DNA of 64,000 bases from Octopus sinensis (lineage: Eukaryota). The stretch spans positions 17,236,001-17,300,000 of the forward strand of contig NC_043001.1 in NCBI RefSeq assembly GCF_006345805.1. The letters are read 5' to 3'. The position numbers and the translations under genes were made by a program. Below, piece after piece: positions 13,895 through 23,539 of this stretch (the first letter of the stretch is position 1; each line of letters begins with the position of its first letter). Below the pieces are notes generated by a model. That model did no database searches, was not told where the DNA came from, and saw only the letters and a list, made by a program, of their open reading frames with translations.

Positions 13895-14125
13895 TTCTTT
13901 ATTACCCACAAGGGGCTAAACACAGAGAGGACAAATAAGGACGGACAAACGGATTAAGCCGATTACATCGACCCCAGTGCGTAACTGGTACTTATTTAAT
14001 CGATCCCGAAAGGATGAAAGGTAAAGTCGACCTCGGCGAAATTTGAACCCAGAACGTAACGGCATACGAAATACGGCTACGCATTTCGCCCGGCGTGCTA
14101 ATGTTTCTGCCAGCTCACCGCCCTA
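13895..14125 (-). mobile_element. SINE family C monomer
   Basis: Head GGCGGTGAGCTGGCAG and tail GTGGGTAATAAAGAAAT on the minus strand. Confidence 0.85.
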
Positions 14126-14189
14126 TTTTCAGTATTCTATTTAAAACTTCTCATGGACGTAACTTGATGGCGATGGCCTACGTTATAGT

Positions 14190-14494
14190 GATCACCGTGA
14201 CCGACCATGCCATCAGATGTTGTTACACATCGCTGGTCACAATGCGCTTCGCATTGTTTTAGCCTTCAAATGACGCCACCCCGCTGGCTAAGCGAGCAGG
14301 CCAACAGAAGAAAGAGTGAGAGTAAGTTGTGGCGAAAGAGTACAGCAGGGATCGCCACCACCTCCTGCCGGAGCCTCGTGGAGCTTTAGGTGTTTTCGCT
14401 CAATAAACACTCACAACGCCCGGTCTGGGAATCGAAACCGCGATCCTACGACCGCGAGTCCGCTGCCCTAACTACTAGGCCATTGCGCCTCCAC
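14190..14494 (-). mobile_element. SINE family A, tail type 2
   Basis: Family A head. 10-bp TSD ACGTTATAGT at 14180-14189 and 14495-14504. Confidence 0.85.
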
Positions 14495-14736
14495 ACGTTA
14501 TAGTAGATTCCATACGATTTACTCCACGGGATTGAAGGCGTTTTCACGTGGGCCCTTCACGATGACTTAAGGGTCTCCACTCACATATATGAATTACCAA
14601 GATAGTTATATCTTCTGTAGCCTTATTCAATATCACAGAAAATCCTGACGAAATAATGTGGAGTGCTTCTTACAGTGCGGAGAGAGGCTCATATATTCAT
14701 TCCATATACATTTCGGTTGAATTACACAGCAGCAAT

Positions 14737-15130
14737 AGGAGACGCAATGGCCCAGTGGTTAGGGCAGTGGACTCGCAGTCGGAGGATCGCGGTTTCGATT
14801 CCCAAACCGGGCGTTGTGTGTGTTTATTGAGCGAAAACAGCTAAAGCTCCACGAGGCTCCGGCAGGGGGTGGTGGCGACCCCTGTTATACTCTTTCGCTC
14901 CAATTTTCTCTCACTCTTTCTTCCTGTTTCTTGTCCCCGACTTCCTACGCAACCGCTGAGCCTGGATGCACATTCATCCATCCGTCGATGCTCTCTGTGT
15001 CGGGGGGTTGACCTGCTTTCTCTTCTGCGGGTCTTACGAATAGTAAAGGACTTCGTTTCGGACTTCTCCCACTACAGAGCGAAGACCGCTTCGCTCAACA
15101 GCAACAGCAACATCAACAGCAGCAGTAAAA
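14737..15130 (+). mobile_element. SINE family A, tail type 3
   Basis: Family A head with a different tail ending in (CAACAG)n. Confidence 0.8.
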
Positions 15131-15304
15131 AAGCAATAAACAAATTATTACGAATCACAGATCGATTTCTGGTCACTACTGATTTCCTCAATAGATTTCT
15201 GATTCAACCGAAACATATAAAGGATGGCAATGATAAATCTCTGAACGAGATGTAAACAGTAACCGCTCGACAACGTAAAGTATACTAGCCATCTTAATAT
15301 GGAA

Positions 15305-15668
15305 GCACTCCGTCGGTTACGACGTCGAGGGTTCCGGTTGATCCGAATCAACGGAACAGCCTGCTCGTGAAATTAACGTGTAAGTGGCTGAGCACTCCAC
15401 AGACACGTGTACCCTTAACGTAGTTCTCGGGGATATTCAGCGTGACACAGAGAAGTGACAAGGCCGGCCCCTTGAAATACAGATACAACAGAAACAGGAA
15501 GTAAGAGTGAGAGAAAGTTGTGGTGAAAGAGTACAGCAGGGATCACCACCATCCGCTGCCGGAGCCTCGTGGAGCTTTAGGTGTTTTCGCTCAATAAACA
15601 CTCACAACGCCCGGTCTGGGAATCGAAACCGTGATCCTATGACCGCGAGTCCGCTGCCCTAACCACTA
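15305..15668 (-). mobile_element. SINE family A, tail type 1
   Basis: Reverse complement of 1158-1542. Confidence 0.85.
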
Positions 15669-15749
15669 AGAAGTTCTCCGTGTTATATCTTTATTCTTTC
15701 CATTTCAGTTTGCTTAACGAAACTCATTACTCCCGCAGTTATCTTAACT

Positions 15750-15980
15750 CTTTTTTACTCTTTTACTTGTTTCAGTCATTTGACTGTGGCCATGCTGGAG
15801 CACCGCCTTTAGTCGAGCAAATCGATCCCAGGACTTATTCTTTGTAAGCCTAGTTACGTATTCTATCGGTCTCTTATGCCGAACCGCTAAGTTACGGGGA
15901 GGTAAACACACCAGCATCGGTTGTCAAGCGATATTGGGGGTGGAAGACACAGAAATATACACTCATACACACACATACAG

Positions 15981-16024
<44 letters not shown>

Positions 16025-16406
16025 ATGGCAAGGACTCCAAATTTGCCATCAAGATGTAGGACAAGATATTGTGATAGCCTGGGCTTCCGAGGCCCACAGC
16101 TCTTCAATATCCTCCCGAAGAACCTAAGAGACCTGCATGGGGTGGATGCAGATGTCTTTAAAATGAAACTGGATCTCTTCTTGTCAGGTATCCCAGATGA
16201 ACCAACTTCACGGCAGGAGGTGCAGATGAGGGCAGCTGCATCGAACTCTCTCATGCACCAAATGGCAATTGCTAAAAAGCGTTCGTGAAGTAAAATCATG
16301 TAGCAACACCAAATGGCGGTGCCCCAGCATGGCCACAGCTAGATAAATAAATAGATAACTAGATAAATAAATAGATAACTAGATAAATAAATAGATAACT
16401 AGATAA

Positions 16407-16454
<48 letters not shown>

Positions 16455-16628
16455 ATATATATACGACGGACTTTTTTCAGTTTCCGTCTACCAAATCCAC
16501 TCACAAGGCTTTGGTCAGCCCGAGGCTATAGTAGAAGATACTTGCCCAAGGTGCCACTCAGTGGGACTGAACCCGGAACCATGTGATTGGCAAGCAAACT
16601 ACTTACCACACAGCCGCTCCTGCGCCTA
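15750..16628 (-). mobile_element. SINE family B with a CR1 fragment nested in its (TA)n
   Basis: Tail at 15750-15960 and head at 16460-16628. Confidence 0.8.
16025..16340 (+). mobile_element. CR1-like LINE 3' end
   Basis: ORF 16025-16288 reads RGPQLFNILPKNLRDLHGVDADVFKMKLDLFLSGIPDEP, typical of a CR1 ORF2 C-terminus. It is followed by a 20-bp minisatellite (TAGATAAATAAATAGATAAC)n. Confidence 0.85.
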
Positions 16629-16753
16629 TACAGGATTTACTTCATATATGCAAACTATTGGTCGGTTGCTGCTGTCTCTTCTTTCGTTGATGGTCAAAAT
16701 ATAATTGGAATTACTACAACGATTTCCTTATTTTTCCTGTACACATGCGCACG

Positions 16754-16791
<38 letters not shown>

Positions 16792-16939
16792 TACACACAC
16801 ACTCTCTTTCTCACAAACGCGCGCGCACAAACACACACACACACATACATACAGAGGGTGTGATGAGTATTTGAGACGTGTTTGATAATTTAATACAGCA
16901 ACTCAAATCTAACAAAATCCAGATGTATTTTAATTAAAA

Positions 16940-17750
16940 AAAATTATCCATATGTTCTCGATAAGGTTTCTTCTAAAATTATACAAAGAATCCGCCTTCA
17001 GCTTCGACAATTGTCTCAAGCAGGATTGAAATCATTGACTTACCTGCACTAAATGATCCTTTTTCATTTTGGATACCATTTAGACAATGACCGCTTTCAG
17101 TGAAGCTATGGTATTTTGAGGACATCAATTAACCTTCATTTTAACGATGCTTCAAATGTTTTAAATCTGTCACAATTTTGGGGCTACAGAATCGCAAGGA
17201 TTGTTCGACATGTATTTTTAGGTTATGTGGGTTATATGAGAAGGTGTTTAGTCTTTTCGAAAGACGTACTTTATCCATCAAGAACTTACGAACTATTATC
17301 AGCACTTCAACGTGCCCAGCAGGATTAATTCTCAGAATTGTGAAAATATGTGACGTACAATGACATGACCCGCGTTGCTCACCACTCCTTAAAACCATCG
17401 CAACTGCTAGACGTTTAGTGTGAATCTCTCTTGAGACAACGGACGGGTCTGTGCATAATAAGCTGTCATTCATTACCCGTGTTAAACTTTTGGTCTTGCT
17501 CAAAGTTTTACTTATCAGAGAAACCACCAAAGTATGCCATGTTCGAGAGGGTTTTAACCGCTCGACACGAATCATATGGATTTCCTGTGACGCTGCAGGC
17601 ATGAATTGGCCTCTTTTCGCAACATACGACTTGTACCTAATGTTCTGGTGTACCACAGCTCTGACAGTCGAACAGAATGAAGGTTTTTGGCAATGAGATT
17701 CATTGATTTTATGAAATTCTTATTGATGTTTTAAACCTGTTGGATGAAAC
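16940..17750 (+). pseudogene. possible decayed coding sequence of unknown identity
   Basis: Non-repetitive sequence. One + frame has long protein-like runs broken by about ten stops. No family recognised. Confidence 0.2.
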
Positions 17751-17775
17751 GTAGTGCTGTTATAGTGCCCGAACC

Positions 17776-18071
17776 TTCCTTCTTTCTTTCGCCCTTTTCA
17801 AGACTAACCAGGCTCCTGTGGCGTATGTGTTCCCCCAAGCTGGACGGGACGCCAGTCCATAGCAGAGTTACTCAAGAAACAGGAAGAGAGAGTGAGAGAA
17901 AGTTGTGGCGAAAGAGTACAACAGGGGTCGCCACCACCCACTGCCGGAGCCTCGTGGAGCTTTTAGGCGTTTTCGCTCAATAAACACACACAACGCCCGG
18001 TCTGGGAATCGAAACCGCGATCCCCCGATCGCGAGTCCGTTGCCCTAACCACTGAGCCATTGCGCCTCCAC
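17776..18071 (-). mobile_element. SINE family A, tail type 4 (Meta-like ATGGACTGGCGTCCCGTCCAG)
   Basis: 12-bp TSD TAGTGCCCGAAC on both sides. Confidence 0.85.
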
Positions 18072-18083
18072 TAGTGCCCGAAC

Positions 18084-19831
18084 GTTGAGATTTTTTTTTA
18101 ACTCTTTGACACAGTGAAGATATTTCCGCTAAAGGTTTCTAATTCCATCCGAACTCTGTGTACACAGGTTTTGTGACTTTCTTCGGATTTCCTTTTCTTC
18201 TCATTTTTTAGTTTTATTCTGAATACATTTAAAAAAAAAAAAAACCATGGCAACAAAAGAAACCACTGCTTTGGAATGGGAGGTTGTCCCACCCAAGCAG
18301 TGGATTGAAAGTCTTGAGAAGAGGACGGTGGTCCTACGAACCTATTCTAGGTCGCGTGGAGCTATCGCCCTCTTCGACAGGAGCACCATTGAGATGGAGT
18401 TGGGGGACCACCTACCAACGATAAAATTTATTTCTCGGGGGAATAAATTTGCAACGGTGTGGTTGCTATTTGATACCCCCGAGGAAGCTAGCAGATTTGC
18501 TAGCGAGCCACTGGAGGGAGAGGAAATTTTGTTCCTCCTCTCGTATTGTGGCAGAAAAGTAAAAAGAGCCTGGGTGTGTGGGCTGCCCCCGGTTACGGAG
18601 GCGGAATGGATCGAGAAGACCATCCGGCGAGGCCTGGGGGATAGCGGACCCAGACTACTGAGTGTGAAAATGGCTCCCGCGGTCGCCTGGGAGGGGTCAA
18701 AGGCAACTTTGACCCTGTGGACACCGGTGGCCGTGGGAGAAATGAAATTCCAGGATTTCCTGAGAATGGCTGGGCACAGGTACCCGGTGATACTCGAGGG
18801 TCGCCCCCCCAAGTGTCACCTGTGCCTGAAGCCCGGACATATCAGGAAGAATTGTCCCGGGGGGCGTGGTTGTGCCCCGGAGCAGAAAGGGGAAAAGGCG
18901 TCCGCCGCCCCCTCATTGGAGGGGGAGACGGTGGAAGTCGTGGAGGAGGTTGCCTCCACGAAAAGAAAGAGACAGGCGAGCAACAATGGTTGCCCGCCAA
19001 AGAACGCTCAGGTGGCGGAGGGGGATAGCAATCCCCCGTGTCTGGTGACGGAGTCCCCTGGGTCAGCAGTCTCCCCCAAAAGAAGGAGGAGAAAAAGGAG
19101 AGGTCGGACGACTGACGTTTCTGTGTCGCCGACGGAGCCGCGGGTGGGATGTGTGCCACCCGCGGACAAGGCTCCGCCAGTAGGAAGTGTGCCACTGACG
19201 GAGCAGTGTGAGGTCCCTTCCTGTGAAGAGGAGATGCTTTTCCTCCTTTACCACAAGGGAGAGGAGGTGGAAAGATTTTTGAATGGCTTGGGTGACCGAG
19301 AACGCAAGGGCACGGTCGGCTCAAGGAGTCCGTTATGGCCTCCGCGGGTAGCTGCGGAAAAAGTAACGGAAGATATTTTGTCAAGGGTCGCAGAGACCTT
19401 TGAGAGGAAAGATTTTACTTTTCTCTTTGCAGGCCCCGACTTGTCGTCGCAGAGTTGTCTGCAGGCGGCAAGACAATTTGCTTCGGGGACCTGACGAGGA
19501 GAATTGTTGAACATTTTTTAAACATGTTGAAGAGGAGGGTTATTGCCTCCTCTAAAATATGTAATTTGAATCATTATGAACATTTTGAACATTTTTTAAA
19601 CATGTTGAAGAGGAGGTTTATTGCCTCCTCTAAAATATGTAATTTGAATCATTGTGAACATTTTATTAAATGTATTTATTGAAACATTGTTTTAGAGAAG
19701 CGACAGTCGGCGGGCGCTTTTGACTTCTCCCATCACCATCTTCATCCACCACCACCATTATCCATTAATGTCCTTGTCCAGCCCGTAGCTACTACTCTGT
19801 GTGCTGCCCTAGTGGCAAATTATATAAAATA
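18084..19831 (+). mobile_element. ORF1-only Tx1/L1-derived element, copy 1 (5' boundary uncertain)
   Basis: ORF1, then a ~340-bp structured 3'UTR, then AATAAA and the target sequence. No ORF2. Confidence 0.75.
18247..19494 (+). CDS. Gag-like ORF1 protein (415 aa): RRM-like domains, CX2CX4HX4C zinc knuckle, basic low-complexity linker, C-terminal domain
   Basis: Uninterrupted GC-rich ORF with a good ATG context (ACCATGG). Motifs AWVCGLPP..YPVILEGRPPKCHLCLKPGHIRKNCP are typical of Tx1/L1 ORF1 (ZCCHC3-like). Confidence 0.85.
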   Translation: MATKETTALEWEVVPPKQWIESLEKRTVVLRTYSRSRGAIALFDRSTIEMELGDHLPTIKFISRGNKFATVWLLFDTPEEASRFASEPLEGEEILFLLSYCGRKVKRAWVCGLPPVTEAEWIEKTIRRGLGDSGPRLLSVKMAPAVAWEGSKATLTLWTPVAVGEMKFQDFLRMAGHRYPVILEGRPPKCHLCLKPGHIRKNCPGGRGCAPEQKGEKASAAPSLEGETVEVVEEVASTKRKRQASNNGCPPKNAQVAEGDSNPPCLVTESPGSAVSPKRRRRKRRGRTTDVSVSPTEPRVGCVPPADKAPPVGSVPLTEQCEVPSCEEEMLFLLYHKGEEVERFLNGLGDRERKGTVGSRSPLWPPRVAAEKVTEDILSRVAETFERKDFTFLFAGPDLSSQSCLQAARQFASGT

Positions 19832-19846
19832 AAGTAGCTTGCTAAC

Positions 19847-22099
19847 GCACATGCGCAGTTAGTCAGTTGCTTCCTGTTCAGCCAGAGTGGACGAGAGTCA
19901 ACCAGCTCCGTCCAATTAAAGAAAAAAGACCAAAAACGGAAAGTTGTCGAGGTAAGTGATTTTGTTTATTGTGAGTTGGGCATAATTTATTGCGTACCAA
20001 TTATTATTTCAGTAAGTTGTGTCCAACTCTGAGACAATTTCGCCTGCTCTCGGCGGCTGCCGTTTTTGTGTTCATTGAAAAAAAAAAAAAGGAAAAACAG
20101 TGGAGGGGCGTATCCTCAGAATTCAATACAGTTACTGTTAAAATTACCGTTGGCGGTAGCCAGTGCTGTGTTTGGGTTTGTTGAATTTATTCCCTTGTCA
20201 GAGTACTTCGCAAGAAAATTATAAAAATAAGCCACTATTGGATTACCTTTCGGACCCATTTTTGTGGAGGTTGTGTTGCAGTTGCGGCGTTCCAGGTTCA
20301 ACCCAGGCCGGGAGTACCGCAAGGCCAGAATATTTTTGCTGTGTTTTTTCTGTTATTAACTTTCTTTTGAACTTCATTTAACCCCACCTTTTGTTTTTTT
20401 TCTTTATTGCGACTTTCTGTTAATTTCTTCCTTTCTGTTGTGCTTTCTCCTTTTTGTTTTTTCAAAAATCTATCAAATTTTATTTGGACTTTTGAACTTT
20501 TTTCTTCCTGCTTTTTGAGTTTAAATTGAATATATTTAAAAAAAAACATGGCAATGAAAAATAACAAAATTTTGGAGTGGGAAATCATACCACCTAAAAA
20601 GTGGTTAAAAGACCGTGAAGATAGGACGGTGGTGTTGAGAACCTACTCCAAGGCACTAGACACCATCGCCCTATTCGAAAAGACGGCAATTGAAAAGGAG
20701 TTGGAAGAGTATTTGCCAACAATTAAATTCATTTCCAGGGGTGTCAAATATGCAACGGTGTGGTTGCTGTTTGACACCCCTGAAGAGGCTTGCAAATTTG
20801 CTAGCAAACCCCTGGAGGGTAAGGAAATCTTATTCCTGCCCACGTAGAAAAAAAAGAAATTGATGAAAGCTTGGATCTGCGGACTGCCACCCGACATAGA
20901 ACCCGAGTGGATAGAGGAGACTATCCGCCGGGGTCTGGGTGACAGCGAAACTAAGCTCCTCAATGTAAAAGTTCTTCCTGCGGCTGCTTGGGTTGGGTCA
21001 AAAGCAATTTTGACCCTGTGGACCCAATCAGCCAATCTGGTTCTTCCAGATTTTTTGAAAATGGCCGGGTGCAGGTACCCGGTGATGCTTGAGGGTCGCC
21101 CCCCTAAGTGTCATCGGTGCTTGGAGTCCGGCCACATAAAGAACTGTCCTCGGGAACAAAATAGGATCCCGGAACAGTTAAGTAAAACCCCTCTAGAAGA
21201 GGGAACGATAACGGCCGAGAAAGCAGAGGACTCCTCAAACAGAGGCCGAAAGAGGAAGGTGAGCAACAATGGGTGCTCACCAAAGGATAATAGGGATGAG
21301 GAGAGGAAGGCGAAACTTCCAACCACGGAGGAGACGCACCCTCCCTCAGTTGAAAAGGGAAAAAAAAGAAAAAGAGGAAGAAAAACGGGACATTACCGGC
21401 TGTCAGTGTAGCACCGGAATGTCCCGGAACTACGTCGGTTGGGGTTGTGCCACCGACAAGAGAAGAAATACCGTTGGCGGGAACTGTGCCACCAACGAAA
21501 GAACTGAACGTATTGGTCCTCTTCTATAGAGGAGGAGAAATTGAAAAAGTGATGGAAGAGCACTACAAGGGAGCACCTTTAGCCTTCACACAGGACCCCG
21601 AATGGCCTCCGCAGGTAGCTGTGGAGGCCGTGGCGTTCGACGTGACGCTTGGGCTAAAGGAGCTCAATGAAGATTATAACTTGGTCCCGGGCGACGCGAA
21701 CTCGGAACTTGATTACGTTCTGAGGGAAGCGTGGTTGATGGTGGAGGGCGCGGGCACAAGCTATTTCGAGGACGATATGTAATTATTGAACTGTTATTAT
21801 TAGTAATGGACTTAAGTCCAAAAATTGAAAAATTGTAAGAGGATTAATACCTCGTTTTGTATTAATAATGGACTGCTAAGTCCAAAAACTGGAAAAATTG
21901 TAAGAGGTTTAATACCTCGTTTTGTGTTTATCTTTTAAAAAGAACAATGTTTTAGAGAAGCGAAAGTCGGCGGGCGCTTTTTGTCTTCTCCCATCCTTAT
22001 CATCTTTCTTTCATTATCATTCACCTCATTAATGTCCTCGTCCAGCCCGCAAAGCTAACATAATCTGTGTACTGCCTTTATGGCAAATGTTTTGAAATA
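19847..22099 (+). mobile_element. ORF1-only Tx1/L1-derived element, copy 2 (full length, ORF disrupted)
   Basis: Flanked by 15-bp direct repeat AAGTAGCTTGCTAAC (19832-19846 and 22100-22114). It has a 700-bp 5' region, ORF 20548-21782 and the same 3' module as copy 1. Confidence 0.85.
20548..21782 (+). pseudogene. ORF1 of copy 2 (one in-frame TAG at 20845-20847, frameshift near 21.4 kb)
   Basis: Colinear with copy 1: RTVVLRTYS, LPTIKFISRG, ATVWLLFDTPEEA, LEGRPPKCHRCLESGH, WPPQVA. Confidence 0.85.
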
Positions 22100-22470
22100 A
22101 AGTAGCTTGCTAACCAACCACATGGTTCCGGGTTCAGTCCCACTGCGTGGCACCTTGGGCAAGTGTCTTCTGCTATAGCCTCGGGCGGACCAATGCCTTG
22201 TGAGTGGATTTGGTAGACAGAAACTGAAAGAAGCCTGTCGTATATGTGTATATATATATGCATGTGTGTATGTGTTTGTGTGTCTGTATTTGTCCCCCTA
22301 GCATTGCTTGACAACCGATGCTGGTGTGTTTACGTCCCCGTCACTTAGCGGTTCGGCAAAAGAGACCGATGGAATAAGTACTGGGCTTACAAAGAATAAG
22401 TCCCGGGGTCGATTTGCTCGACTAAAGGCGGTGCTCCAGCATGGCCGCAGTCAAGTGACTGAAACTAGTG
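22100..22470 (+). mobile_element. SINE family B remainder (insertion target of copies 1 and 2)
   Basis: Begins exactly at AAGTAGCTTGCTAACCAACCACATGG, inside the tRNA-like head. Confidence 0.9.
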
Positions 22471-22494
22471 AAAAAAAAATATATATATATAAAT

Positions 22495-22900
22495 TATATA
22501 AGATAACAGAAGGGAGGCGTCCAAGTCATGGAACAGCAAAGAAAGGTGAGACAGTTCAGAGCGCAAGCAACTACATTACTGGAAAAGATAAAACTTTACA
22601 ATAAAGGATTAAGAATAAAGAATAAATTGCCGTTATTAGAGGAAGTCTATTCCACAGCCGTTTCTGGAATACATTTTCGGTAAGGTAAAACGCTCAAAAG
22701 TTAACTCATGCATGTAATTCGTTGAATGGACTTCCTCTAATGACAGGACTTTATCCTGAATTCTTAATCCCTTAATCCTTAATTATAAATTTTTGATCTG
22801 TTCTAGTAATGTAGCTATTTGCTCTCTGAACTGTCTTTTCTTTTCGTTTTTTTTACTTTTTTTCGCTGTTCCATGACTTAGAAGCCTTCCTACTGTTATC

Positions 22901-22910
<10 letters not shown>
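22495..22910. repeat. diverged inverted repeat (~200-bp arms), MITE/fold-back-like
   Basis: GATAACAG..AAGTCATGGAACAGC..AGACAGTTCAGAG..CTACATTACT..TTAGAGGAAGTC is mirrored on the opposite strand. Confidence 0.75.
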
Positions 22911-22961
<51 letters not shown>

Positions 22962-23539
22962 CATATTCGCGTTCCACGTCATAAAAATTTGTTACGGTTA
23001 TTTTTATTATTAGACTAATATAGGTCTATATTCAAGAACATATATTACTATATTGCCTATCTATAAAAATAGAAAATTAGAATTGTATAAGAAAACCTTT
23101 TATAAATTCTTTAAAAACATAGGATTATCCATAACTATCGCAAACGTGCATAATTCTGTCAACTTCTTAGATGATAACCAGTGATGAGGTTATGGTTAAG
23201 TACAGTGATAAGGTTATGGTTAAGTACAGAAAGAAAACTGAAGTAATAGGAAAAATTTAGATAAAACAGAATACAGCTGAATGTTTAAATGCTCTTTGAA
23301 GAATGGACATTATGATAATAGTAAATATACACTAAATAATATCTACAACAGTAAAACTGAAATAGAAATAAATAAACATAGAAATAAAAGAATTGAAATT
23401 AAAACTCAGCAGGTTATTAATATAACAACGGAATTTTACATGCTAAAATTAGTGAACAAAACTTATGCAGCAAAAACGGTAGTAATAAGGAATAAATAAA
23501 TCTTAAGAATAAGAATCATAAAATCAAAAGATCTAAAAC

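Noticed and set aside
18342-19514. Overlapping antisense and alternative-frame ORFs across ORF1 (156, 180, 103 aa etc.)
   Set aside because: Expected shadows of a GC-rich coding strand, and not conserved as open frames between copies.
19508-19665. Palindromic direct repeats resembling a CRISPR array (also 46400-46610 and 12702-13305)
   Set aside because: The intervening sequence is duplicated too (no unique spacers), there are only 2-3 units, no cas genes, and the context is eukaryotic.
19760-19830. Resemblance of TAATGTCC..GTCCAGCCCG to a twister ribozyme
   Set aside because: I could not place P1/P2/P4 or the second pseudoknot. Kept only as an unclassified structure.
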